Shown piece after piece: positions 8,267 to 17,729 of a stretch of DNA of 48,542 nt. Every line of letters starts with the position of its first letter. The stretch's first letter is position 1. Origin of the DNA: Xanthobacteraceae bacterium (lineage in GTDB: Bacteria > Pseudomonadota > Alphaproteobacteria > Rhizobiales > Xanthobacteraceae); assembly GCA_045811545.1 (NCBI GenBank), contig JBJMTU010000372.1, positions 1 to 48,542 of the forward strand, read 5' to 3'. The position numbers were made by a program, and so were the translations under genes. The notes under the pieces are model-generated. The model did no database searches and was not told where the DNA came from. It worked only from the letters and a program-made list of their open reading frames with translations.

Positions 8267-8297
8267 GCATCCATCTATCTTGCGAAACGATGGATGC
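8267..8297 (-). terminator. hairpin downstream of mdtC (possible terminator)
   Basis: GCATCCATC (8267-8275) and GATGGATGC (8289-8297) form a 9-bp perfect stem with a 13-nt loop, 24 nt past the mdtC stop. There is no clear U-tract. Confidence 0.3.
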
Positions 8298-8320
8298 CGG
8301 GCCACGCATGACCGAGAGAC

Positions 8321-11300
8321 CTACGATCGTAGCACGCGGGCTGCCGTCTTGAGCAAATGGCCGGGCTCGTGATGCACGCGCGCACCCCACAGCCGCCGGT
8401 GCAGCTTGTCGAGCAAGAGATAGATCACGGGTGTCGTGTAAAGGGTGAGCACCTGCGAAACTAAAAGGCCGCCCACGATGGTGATGCCGAGCGGCCGGCG
8501 CAGTTCCGATCCCGGGCCGGTGGCGATCATCAGCGGCAGCGCGCCCATAAGCGCCGCCATGGTGGTCATCATGATCGGCCGGAACCGTTCGAGGCAGGCC
8601 TCGAAGATCGCCCGCTCCGGCGGCAGCGCCCGCTTGCGCTCCCCTTCGAGCGCGAAGTCGACCATCATGATTCCGTTCTTCTTGACGATGCCGATCAAGA
8701 GGATGATGCCGATGAAAGCAATCAGCGAAAGCTCGGTGCTGAAGATCTGCAAGGCCAAGAGCGCACCGAGGCCCGCCGACGGCAGGGTGGAAATGATCGT
8801 CAGCGGATGCGCCAGGCTCTCATACAAGACGCCGAGCACGATATAGACGGCGATGAGCGCCGCCACGATCAACAGCGGCTGTGCGCCGATTGAAGCCCGA
8901 TAGGCGCGCGCATCGCCGGCATATTCGGCGTGCAGCGCGTCAGGAATGTGCAGCTCGGCGACTGCCTGGTCGATAAGCCGCGTCGCCTGCTCGATGGTGA
9001 CGTTTTCGCGCAGGCCGAAACTGATGGTGATCGCGGGGAACTGTCCCTGGTGGTTGACCACCAGCGGTGAAAGCCCGCGCTCGATCTTGGTCACCGCCGT
9101 GAGCGGAACCTGGGTATTGTTGGCGCCGCTCACATAAATGCGGGCGAGGTCGTTCGGATCGCGCTGATATTGCGGATCGATCTCCAGCACCACGCGATAC
9201 TGGTTGCGCTGGGTGTAGAGGGTGGAGATCTGGCGCTGCGAGTAGGCGTTGTTGAGCGCGTTGGCGATGTCCTGCACGCGCACGCCGAGCCGCGCCGCCG
9301 CGGTGCGGTCGATCGATACGTTCACCTGCAGCCCGCCCTGTTCGCGGTCGATCGAGACGTCGACCAGCTCCGGCAGGCTCTGGATTTTTTCGAACACGCG
9401 CGGCGCCCACGCCAGCAGCTCTTGGTAATCGGCGTCCCAGAGCGTGTACTGGTAGGCGGCATCGCTCTGGCGACCGCCGGCCCGCACGTCCTGCATGGGG
9501 AAGAAGTAGAGGCGTAGCCCGGGAATATCGGCGGTTTTCTGCCGCAAGCGGTTGGCTACTGCCTGCGCTGACAGCCCCCCGCGCTCCGCCAGCGGCTTGA
9601 GTGCGATGAACAGCGAGCCGCGATTGACCGAAGCAGTAAAGCCGAGCGAGCCGAGGGAAGACCCGACATTGGCGACGGCGGGATCGGCGCGCACCAGCGC
9701 CTCCGCCTTCTGTTGCAGGTCGTACATGGCCTGGAACGAAATCTCGGTCGAGGCCTGGGTGCTGCACCAGATCAGGCCGGTATCATCCTGCGGGAAATAG
9801 CCTTTGGGCGTCCTGACATAGAGCATGATCGTGATCGCCAGTGTCGCGGTCACGATCAGCAGCATGAGCCCCTGGTGATGCAGCACGGCCGCGAGGCTCT
9901 TCGCGTAGCCGCGCACCATCAAGCTCATGACCCGCTCGACCGCGCGATCGAGCCAGGTCGCATCGGGGCTCGGCGGCTTGCGCACGAAGTGCGCGCAGAT
10001 CATCGGCGTCACTGTGAGCGATACCGCGGTCGAAACCGCGATCGCGAAGGCGAGCGTCACCGAAAATTCCCGGAAGATGCGGCCGACCAGCCCGGTCATG
10101 AACAGCAGCGGGATGAAGGCGGCGACCAGCGAGATGCTGATGGAAAGCACGGTGAATCCGATCTGCCGCGCGCCTTCGATGGCGGCGCGGAACGGGGACA
10201 TGCCCTTTTCCAGATTGCGGAAGCAGTTCTCGATCATGACGATGGCATCATCGACCACGAAACCGACCGACACCGCGAGCGCCATCAGCGACAGGTTGTC
10301 GATGGAAAAGCCGGCGAGCCACATCATCGCGCAGGTGCCGGCGAGCGACAGCGGCACCGTGACGCCGGCGGCGACCGTGGTCGCGGCGCGCCGCAGGAAG
10401 ACGAACACCACCAGCATGACCAGAATGACGGTAGCGATCAGCGTGAGCTGCATGTCGAACACGCTCGCGCGAATGGTGCTGGTGCGGTCGGACATCACCG
10501 TGATGTCGATGCCTGGCGAGATCCAGCGCTTGATCTCGGGCAAGAGCTGGTAGATGCGGTCGACGGTTTCGATCACATTGGCGGTCGACTGCTTGTTGAT
10601 GACCAAGAGGACCGAAGGCTGACCGTTGAACCAGGCCGCGGTGCGGCTGTTGCGCACGCCGGATTCGATCGAGGCGACCGCCGAAAGCCGCACCACCGTT
10701 CCATTGGCATTGCGCACGACGATAGGATCGTAGTCGGGCGCAGCGCGCAGCTGATCATTGGTGGCGATGCTGATCGCGCGTTCGCCGCCGTCGAACATTC
10801 CGACCGGGCCGATCCCGTTGCTGTTGGCGATCGCGGTGCGCACGTCCTCCATGTTCAATCCCATCGAGGCGAGCGCGATCGGGTCGACGCGCACGCGGAT
10901 CGCGGGTTGCTCGGCGCCGTTGACGCTGACCTCGGCGACGCCGTCGACCTGGGAGAGGCGCTGGGCGATCACGGTATCGGCGGCGTCGTAGAGCGCGCTC
11001 GGGGGAGCGGTGTTCGAGGTGAGCGCCAGGATCATGATCGGCGTCGCTGCCGGATTGACCTTCCGGAATGTCGGCCGCGACGGCAGGTCGCCGGGCAGAT
11101 CGCTGAGCGCCGCGTTGATCGCTGCCTGCACGTCGCGCGCGGCGCCATCGATGTTGCGGGCGAGATCGAACTGGACCGTGATCCGCGTCGAGCCCATGGA
11201 GCTGCGGGAGGTGAGCTCGGTCACGCCCGCGATTTCCGCGAGTCGACGCTCGAGCGGCGCCGCCACGGTCGCTGCCATGGTTTCGGGATCGGCCCCCGGC

Positions 11301-11461
11301 CGACTGGCCGTGACGGCGATGGTCGGAAAGTCGACTGTCGGCATGCTGGCGACGGGCAGGAAGCGGTAGGCCACCGCCCCTACCAGAAGCAGACCGATCG
11401 CGAGCAGCGTGGTGCCGACCGGCCGCCGGATAAACGCTTCGGAAAAGCTCGTGCCGTTCAT
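8321..11461 (-). CDS. mdtC: RND multidrug efflux permease, MdtC-like
   Basis: ORF 8321..11515. The preferred start is ATG 11461, giving MNGTSFSEAFIRRPVGTTLLAIGLLL, the canonical RND N-terminus. It shows a 12-TM RND pattern, FVVDDAIVMIEN, and conserved C-terminal LLLIGIVKKNGIMMVDFA. It is the second RND gene after the MFP gene, as in mdtABC. Confidence 0.92.
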   Translation of the reverse strand: MNGTSFSEAFIRRPVGTTLLAIGLLLVGAVAYRFLPVASMPTVDFPTIAVTASRPGADPETMAATVAAPLERRLAEIAGVTELTSRSSMGSTRITVQFDLARNIDGAARDVQAAINAALSDLPGDLPSRPTFRKVNPAATPIMILALTSNTAPPSALYDAADTVIAQRLSQVDGVAEVSVNGAEQPAIRVRVDPIALASMGLNMEDVRTAIANSNGIGPVGMFDGGERAISIATNDQLRAAPDYDPIVVRNANGTVVRLSAVASIESGVRNSRTAAWFNGQPSVLLVINKQSTANVIETVDRIYQLLPEIKRWISPGIDITVMSDRTSTIRASVFDMQLTLIATVILVMLVVFVFLRRAATTVAAGVTVPLSLAGTCAMMWLAGFSIDNLSLMALAVSVGFVVDDAIVMIENCFRNLEKGMSPFRAAIEGARQIGFTVLSISISLVAAFIPLLFMTGLVGRIFREFSVTLAFAIAVSTAVSLTVTPMICAHFVRKPPSPDATWLDRAVERVMSLMVRGYAKSLAAVLHHQGLMLLIVTATLAITIMLYVRTPKGYFPQDDTGLIWCSTQASTEISFQAMYDLQQKAEALVRADPAVANVGSSLGSLGFTASVNRGSLFIALKPLAERGGLSAQAVANRLRQKTADIPGLRLYFFPMQDVRAGGRQSDAAYQYTLWDADYQELLAWAPRVFEKIQSLPELVDVSIDREQGGLQVNVSIDRTAAARLGVRVQDIANALNNAYSQRQISTLYTQRNQYRVVLEIDPQYQRDPNDLARIYVSGANNTQVPLTAVTKIERGLSPLVVNHQGQFPAITISFGLRENVTIEQATRLIDQAVAELHIPDALHAEYAGDARAYRASIGAQPLLIVAALIAVYIVLGVLYESLAHPLTIISTLPSAGLGALLALQIFSTELSLIAFIGIILLIGIVKKNGIMMVDFALEGERKRALPPERAIFEACLERFRPIMMTTMAALMGALPLMIATGPGSELRRPLGITIVGGLLVSQVLTLYTTPVIYLLLDKLHRRLWGARVHHEPGHLLKTAARVLRS

Positions 11462-11547
11462 GGCCTCAGTCCGGCTCCCTGCGCGTATCCCGGATGCGGT
11501 GCGGCGCGAAGCCACAAGTCGGCAATGTGGCGGCTACGCTCATGGCG

Positions 11548-14500
11548 TCACTCCGCCGGGTGCTGTGACGGCTCGGGCTGATCCGGCAAGTCGAGCTCCG
11601 GCTGCAGCGGCGCCGGCCGGCTCAGCCGCGTCTTCACGCGCTCCATCGCGAGATAGACGACCGGCGTGGTGTAGAGCGTGAGCAGTTGGCTCAGAAGCAG
11701 CCCGCCGATAATGGTGATGCCGAGCGGGTTGCGCAGCTCCGAGCCGGTGCCCGATTCGAATGCGAGCGGAATGGCGCCAAACAAGGCCGCCAAGGTGGTC
11801 ATCATGATCGGACGAAACCGCAACAGGGAAGCCTGGACGATCGACTCCCGCGGCGATAGCCCCTGCTTGCGCTCGGCTTCGAGCGCGAAGTCGATCATCA
11901 TGATCGCGTTCTTCTTCACGATGCCCATCAGCAGCACGATGCCGATCAGCGCCACCACCGAGAGGTCCTGCTTGTAGAGCATCAGCGCGAGCAGGGCGCC
12001 GACGCCGGCCGACGGCAGCGTCGAGAGGATGGTGAGCGGATGGATGAAGCTTTCGTAGAGCACCCCGAGCACGATGTAGATGGTCACCGCGGCCGCGAGG
12101 ATCAGCCAGGGTTCGCCGGCAAGCGATTTCGCAAATTCGGCGGCATCGCCGGAATAGCTGCCGATCACCGAGCTCGGCATCCCGATCTCGCGCTCGGCGT
12201 GCGAAATCGCCTCCACCGCGTCGCTGAGTGCGGCCTCGGGAGCAAGATTGAAGCTGATCGTCGTTGCCGGAAACTGCTCCTGATGGGCAATCACCAGCGG
12301 CGCGGTCGTGTGCTCGAAGCGGGCAACCGCGCTCAGCGGCACCATGGGGCTGCCGGAGACCGTTGGAATGACGGTCGGCGATGTCGAGGTCAATGACGTG
12401 GATTGGGCCACCGCCTGGACGCCCGAAGCGGGAACATAGAGCTTTGACAAGGACGAGGGATCGTTCTGGTACTCGGGCTTCGCTTCGAGGATCACGCGGT
12501 ACTGGTTGGCCTGCCCGTAGATAGTCGAGATCTGCCGCTGCCCGAACGCGTCGCTCAACGTGTCGATAATGGTCTGCATGGAGACGCCGAGGCGTCCCGC
12601 GGTCTCGCGATCCACGTCGACCTGCAATCGGAAGCCGTCATTCTGCGCCTCCGAGGCGACGTCTTGGAGCACCGGCGACGATCGCAGCTTTTGCGCAAGT
12701 CGCGCCACCCACTCGTCGACCTCTTTCGCGTCGGTGCCGGTGAGCGTGTATTGATACTGCGCGCGGCTCAGCCGCGTCGAAATCTGGATGTCCTGCACCG
12801 GCCGAAAATAGACCACGACGCCGGGAACCGCGGTGACCGACCGCTGCAGCCGTTCGATGACCGTGGTCACCGGTGTTTCGCGCTCGTCGCGCGAGCGCAG
12901 CGTGATGGCGAGCCGCCCGGCATTCGGCGTGGCGTTGATCGGCGTCACCCCGATGACGGACACGACGCCAGTCACGTCGGGATCCTTGCGGATCGCGCCC
13001 TCGACGGTTGCCTGCAGCCGCTTCATCTCGGTGAACGAGATCTCCTGCCCGCCTTCCATGACCGCGAAGATGAGGCCCGTGTCCAGCAGCGGCAGGAACC
13101 CCTTGGGAATGATGATGTAGAGCCAAATCGTCGCAATGAGCGTGGCGCCGGTCACGATGAGCGTCAGCGTCTCGTGGCGCAGCACCCAGTCCAGGCTGCG
13201 CCGGTAGAGCTCGACCGAGCCATCGACCGCGCGGTGAAATATCCGCGTGATGCCGGTGCTCGGGGAGTCCGTTCCCTTATGCCGCAGTAGCCGGCTGCAC
13301 ATCATCGGCGTCAACGTCAGCGAAACCACCGCCGAGGTCACGACGGCGATGGTCAGCGTCAGCGCGAATTCGCGGAACATGCGGCCGACCAGGCCGGTCA
13401 TGAACAGTAGGGGGATGAACACCGCGATCAGCGAGAACGTGAGCGAAATGATCGTGAACCCGATCTCGCTCGCGCCGCGCAGCGCGGCCTGGAACGGGCC
13501 CTCGCCGTTCTCCATGTGGCGCACGATGTTCTCGATCATGACGATCGCATCGTCGACAACGAAGCCGGTGCCGATGGTCAGCGCCATGAGCGACAGATTG
13601 TCGAGCGAAAACCCGCAGAACCACATGACGCCGAAGGTGGCGATGATCGACAGCGGCAGCGCGACGCCGGCGATGATGGTGGCGCGGACGGTGCGCAGGA
13701 AAATGAGCACGACGGTGATTACCAGCGCCACGCTCAGGATCAGCGTGAATTGCACGTCGCGCACCGATGCGCGGATGCTGGCGGTGGCGTCGTGCACGAT
13801 CGTGAGCGTCGCGCCGATCGGCATCGCGCGCTGCAGCTTCGGCAGCTCGTTCTTGATGCGCTGCACCGTCTCGATCACGTTGGCGCCGGGCTGGCGCTGG
13901 ATATCGACCACGATAGCCGGCATGCCCTGGTAGAAGCCGGCGACCTTGGTGTTCTCGAGGCCGTCGACGACGTCGGCCACATCCTGGAGCCGGACCGGCG
14001 CGCCGTTGCGGTACGTGACGATGATGTTGCGATAGGCTGCGGCCACGGTGATTTGGTCGTTGGCGGCAATGGTGTAGGACTGATGCGCGCCGTCGAGCGA
14101 GCCTTTCGGACCGGCGACGTTGGCCGCGAGAATCACGTTGCGCAGGTCCTCGAGGGCGATGCCGTAATTGGCAAGACGGGAGAGATCAGCCTGAACGCGG
14201 ATCGCCGGCCGGATGTTGCCCTGCACCGTCACGCGGCCCACGCCGGTCAGCTCGCTCAGCCGCTGTGCGAGCAGGGTGTCGGCGATGTCGCTGAGCGCGC
14301 GCAGCGAAATCGTGTCCGAGGTGATCGCCAGCGTCACCATCGGCGCATCGGCGGGATTGACTTTGGAATAAACCGGCGGGTACGGCAGGTTTCTCGGCAG
14401 CGTCGATCCGGACGCATTGATCGCAGCCTGCACGTCCTGCGCGGCGGCGTCGATGTCGCGGTTGAGTTCGAACTGCAACGTGATCTGGCTCACCCCGAAC

Positions 14501-14754
14501 GAGCTCGATGACGTCATCAGCTGGAGCGCGGGAATCTGCCCGAAATTTCGCTCGAGCGGTGCCGTCACCAGCGATGCCATCACGTCGGGGCTTGCGCCGG
14601 GAAGCTGCGTCGTCACCTGGATGGTGGGAAAATCGACCTGCGGCAGCGACGAGACCGGTAACCACAGATAGCCGAGCAGGCCGCCGAGCATGACCGCGAC
14701 CCCGAGCAGAGAGGTTGCGATCGGGCGGTGGATGAACGGCGACGACACGCTCAT
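11548..14754 (-). CDS. mdtB: RND multidrug efflux permease, MdtB-like
   Basis: MSVSSPFIHRPIATSLLGVAVML..., then LPQVDFPTIQVTTQLPGASPDVM..VTAPLER, PPVYSKVNPADAPM, KGSLDG and GFVVDDAIVMIENI. The translation is collinear with E. coli MdtB as recalled. Its ATG overlaps the mdtA stop (ATGA at 14751-14754). Confidence 0.93.
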   Translation of the reverse strand: MSVSSPFIHRPIATSLLGVAVMLGGLLGYLWLPVSSLPQVDFPTIQVTTQLPGASPDVMASLVTAPLERNFGQIPALQLMTSSSSFGVSQITLQFELNRDIDAAAQDVQAAINASGSTLPRNLPYPPVYSKVNPADAPMVTLAITSDTISLRALSDIADTLLAQRLSELTGVGRVTVQGNIRPAIRVQADLSRLANYGIALEDLRNVILAANVAGPKGSLDGAHQSYTIAANDQITVAAAYRNIIVTYRNGAPVRLQDVADVVDGLENTKVAGFYQGMPAIVVDIQRQPGANVIETVQRIKNELPKLQRAMPIGATLTIVHDATASIRASVRDVQFTLILSVALVITVVLIFLRTVRATIIAGVALPLSIIATFGVMWFCGFSLDNLSLMALTIGTGFVVDDAIVMIENIVRHMENGEGPFQAALRGASEIGFTIISLTFSLIAVFIPLLFMTGLVGRMFREFALTLTIAVVTSAVVSLTLTPMMCSRLLRHKGTDSPSTGITRIFHRAVDGSVELYRRSLDWVLRHETLTLIVTGATLIATIWLYIIIPKGFLPLLDTGLIFAVMEGGQEISFTEMKRLQATVEGAIRKDPDVTGVVSVIGVTPINATPNAGRLAITLRSRDERETPVTTVIERLQRSVTAVPGVVVYFRPVQDIQISTRLSRAQYQYTLTGTDAKEVDEWVARLAQKLRSSPVLQDVASEAQNDGFRLQVDVDRETAGRLGVSMQTIIDTLSDAFGQRQISTIYGQANQYRVILEAKPEYQNDPSSLSKLYVPASGVQAVAQSTSLTSTSPTVIPTVSGSPMVPLSAVARFEHTTAPLVIAHQEQFPATTISFNLAPEAALSDAVEAISHAEREIGMPSSVIGSYSGDAAEFAKSLAGEPWLILAAAVTIYIVLGVLYESFIHPLTILSTLPSAGVGALLALMLYKQDLSVVALIGIVLLMGIVKKNAIMMIDFALEAERKQGLSPRESIVQASLLRFRPIMMTTLAALFGAIPLAFESGTGSELRNPLGITIIGGLLLSQLLTLYTTPVVYLAMERVKTRLSRPAPLQPELDLPDQPEPSQHPAE

Positions 14755-16022
14755 GGGTTGGCTGTGCGCGGCAGATCCGCGCTTGAGCTACGCCTTCCTT
14801 TCTCCGCTCCGCGCGTGCCGCGCGTTCCGTCCGGGCGAGGCCGCGCCTCGGGCGCGATCTGGCCCGCGTCTTCCGCGTCCGATACGACTACCCGCGTGCC
14901 CTCCGTGAGACGGGAAAAGCCGGTCGTGACCACGCGCTCGCCCGCCTGCAATCCGTTGGCGACCACAGCGCCCACATCGTCCTGCTGCGTCAGCGTCACG
15001 CGCCGCACGGTGACGGTATCTCCCTCCCTGAGCACGTAGGCGAACGGTCCGTTGGGACCGCGCTGGACGGCGGCAGTCGGTACCACCACCACCTGCCGCA
15101 ACGTGTCGATCAGCACCCGAACGTTGACGAACTGGCCCGGCCAGAGCTGAAGGTTCGCATTGGGAAATTCCGCCTTGAGTTTCACTGTCCCGGTGGTTTG
15201 GTCGACCTGGTTGTCGATCACCATCACCTTGCCCTTGTCGAGCGCGCTCTTGCCATCGGCGGTCAAGGCGTCGACGGGAAGCTTGCCTTCGGCCATGCCT
15301 CTGGTGAGAGCAGGGAGATTCTGCTGCGCCAGGCTGAAGAAGACCGAGATTGGCCGCAGCTGCGTGAGGATGACGATGCCGTTCGCTTCCGCCCCGCGCA
15401 CGAGATTGCCCACATCGACGAGACGAATGCCGGTGCGGCCGGCGATCGGCGCGACGATGTCGGTATAGGACAGGATGGCGCGCGCGTTGTCGATCGTGGC
15501 TTGGTCGAGTTTGATCTGCGCCTCGAGTTGGGCGACCAGCGCCCTCTGGGTATCGAGTTGCTGCTTGTTGACCGCGTTGGTCGCCGCAAGACGCGTGTAG
15601 CGGTCCAGGTCGAGCCTCGCGTTAGCGAGCTGCGCTTCGTCCTGTGCTTTCTTGGCGACGGTCTGGTCGTAGGCGGCCTGGTAAGTGACGGGATCGATCT
15701 TGGCGAGGACGTATCCCTTCGGCACGTCCTGCCCTTCCGTGAAATATATATCGACGATTCTGCCGTCGACCTGGGAGCGAACGGTCACGGTGTTGAGCGC
15801 TTTGGCGGTGCCCACCCCGTCGAGATAGACCGGCACATCGGCCACGCGCGCGGCAGCGACGAGAACGGGAATGGGATCGCTCGCGGGCGGCCCGCCGCGG
15901 CGACCGCCCTTCGAAACCGCCGCCAGCGTCTGCTGCCAGTGCGGCATGTAATAGACACCGACGACCGCCGCGATGACTGCGGCAGCGATCATGAGCACGG
16001 TGATGCGCCGTTTGAGCGTCAT
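14751..16022 (-). CDS. mdtA: RND efflux periplasmic adaptor (membrane fusion protein), MdtA-like
   Basis: It has an N-terminal membrane anchor (MTLKRRITVLMIAAAVIAAVVGVYY), a coiled-coil hairpin region (QLANARLDLDRYTRL...QLDTQRALVAQLEAQIKLDQATIDNA) and a beta-barrel region. Four-nt overlaps occur with both the upstream OMF gene and downstream mdtB. Confidence 0.92.
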   Translation of the reverse strand: MTLKRRITVLMIAAAVIAAVVGVYYMPHWQQTLAAVSKGGRRGGPPASDPIPVLVAAARVADVPVYLDGVGTAKALNTVTVRSQVDGRIVDIYFTEGQDVPKGYVLAKIDPVTYQAAYDQTVAKKAQDEAQLANARLDLDRYTRLAATNAVNKQQLDTQRALVAQLEAQIKLDQATIDNARAILSYTDIVAPIAGRTGIRLVDVGNLVRGAEANGIVILTQLRPISVFFSLAQQNLPALTRGMAEGKLPVDALTADGKSALDKGKVMVIDNQVDQTTGTVKLKAEFPNANLQLWPGQFVNVRVLIDTLRQVVVVPTAAVQRGPNGPFAYVLREGDTVTVRRVTLTQQDDVGAVVANGLQAGERVVTTGFSRLTEGTRVVVSDAEDAGQIAPEARPRPDGTRGTRGAEKGRRSSSADLPRTANP

Positions 16023-17464
16023 TGCATCACGTTACCAGCTGCGACCCCCGGCGGCATCCAACCGCCGCCGAGCGCCTGGAAAAGACTCAACACCGCTTGC
16101 AAACGCGCAAGACGCGCAAGCGAGTAATTGTCTTCTGCGGTGAACAGAGTCTGCTGCGTCTGCAGCACGGTGACGAGATCGACTGTGCCTTCACGCAGTC
16201 TCGCCTCCGCAAGTCGGAACGCTTCGCGCGAACTGTTGAGGACGAGCAGTTGCAGACGCTCGCGTTCGAGTGAGTCGGCGACGGCGATGAGCGCAATCTC
16301 CACGTCGCCGAAGCCGGAGAGGATGGTCTGGCAATACACCTTGACCAACTCGAATTGCCTGCCTTGCGCCAATTCCAGCTGTCCCTCCAACCGGAAACCA
16401 TCGAGCAGCGGCTGGGTGACGTTGAGGGCGATGTTGTAGAAAGCACTTTGCGGCGTGAACAACAGCTTGAGCACGTTGCTTTCGTAGCCGCCTTGGCCGG
16501 TCAGCGAAATGCTCGGGAAGAACGCGGCGCGCGCCTGCTCCACGCTGGCGTCGGCCGAGGCGAGGCTGGCCTCGGCGGCGCGAATGTCGGGACGCTGGAA
16601 CAAGAGTTCCGAGGGCAGGCCCGGGGTCACGCGCGGGATCGTCAGCTGATAGATGTTGCCGCCTTTGATGACGACTTCGACCGGCGGCTTGCCGATCAGC
16701 ACGGCAAGAACGGCAATGTTCTGGCGTATCGCTTGGTCGAAAAGAGGAATGTTGGCGCGTACCTGGGCGACCAGGCTTTCTTGCTGTGCGACATCGAGCT
16801 GCGACGCGGTACCGGCCTCGAACCGCTGCTTGATCAAATTGAGAATTCGGTTGGCGGCGTTGAAGTTCCCCTGCGCGATCCGCAGCCGGTCCTGTGCCGA
16901 GAGCACCTGGAAATACGTGTTGCCGACCGCCGCGATGGTTGAAAGAACCACCACCTCCTTGTTGAATCGGCTGGCCACGGCCGTTTCCTGAGCGGCGCGC
17001 GAGGCAGCGCGGTTCTTGCCCCAGAAATCGATCTCGTAGCTGGCGTTCAGCGCGGCATGGAAAAGGTTCCGCTCGGGCCCGCCGGGGTTCTTGAAACGCT
17101 CTGCGAAGCCGACGAAATCGACCGCGGGCAAGAGTGGCGCGCCGATGATCTTGGCCTGTGCGTCGGCCTGCAGGATGCGGCCGATGGCTGCGCCGATATC
17201 AAAATTGGCGATCTGTGCTTCCTCGATCAGATTGGTGAGCTCGCGCGAGCGAAAGCCGCGCCACCAGTCGAGGCTTGGCGGCGCGGACTCGCCTTGCCCG
17301 GCGCCATATTTAGGCGGGATCTCGGCCGCGAGCTCAGCCCGCTCGGAGGTGAACATGCACCCGGACAGCATTTGCACGAGACATAATCCCATAAAGGCGA
17401 CAAAGACGGGGCGAAAGCTCCTGGCGTCGATCGCCGGAGCACGCGTGCGCCACCCGTCGAACAT
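16019..17464 (-). CDS. efflux outer-membrane factor lipoprotein (NodT/OprM family)
   Basis: ORF 16019..17527. The preferred start is ATG 17464, giving a signal peptide that ends in the lipobox LSGC. There are two repeated alpha-barrel halves and a C-terminal ALGGGW motif. Its stop overlaps the mdtA start. Confidence 0.9.
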   Translation of the reverse strand: MFDGWRTRAPAIDARSFRPVFVAFMGLCLVQMLSGCMFTSERAELAAEIPPKYGAGQGESAPPSLDWWRGFRSRELTNLIEEAQIANFDIGAAIGRILQADAQAKIIGAPLLPAVDFVGFAERFKNPGGPERNLFHAALNASYEIDFWGKNRAASRAAQETAVASRFNKEVVVLSTIAAVGNTYFQVLSAQDRLRIAQGNFNAANRILNLIKQRFEAGTASQLDVAQQESLVAQVRANIPLFDQAIRQNIAVLAVLIGKPPVEVVIKGGNIYQLTIPRVTPGLPSELLFQRPDIRAAEASLASADASVEQARAAFFPSISLTGQGGYESNVLKLLFTPQSAFYNIALNVTQPLLDGFRLEGQLELAQGRQFELVKVYCQTILSGFGDVEIALIAVADSLERERLQLLVLNSSREAFRLAEARLREGTVDLVTVLQTQQTLFTAEDNYSLARLARLQAVLSLFQALGGGWMPPGVAAGNVMQ

Positions 17465-17729
17465 GGAGCCGACTTTCAACGCTACGGCCGCCCGTGAAAA
17501 CGGGGCATTAGCGTTAACGCAACGCACGCCTTCCCCAACCGCCTGCTGGCCAACGGACCATACTATCAGCCCTTCCCGGGCCGCCTACTTAATAAAAAGA
17601 CATGTTCGGCTTGGGGCAGCGCTGAAGACCTCCCCCTGGGCACGGTTTGCGGCTTTCAACTGGCTGATTTAAAACAGGTATTTACAACGCGGTCGGTTCG
17701 TTGCCACTCACTTTCGGGCCAAATGGAGG

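Noticed and set aside
9713-11581. 622-aa plus-strand ORF
   Set aside because: It is antisense to mdtC, which has full RND collinearity. Its composition is dominated by R, D, G and H.
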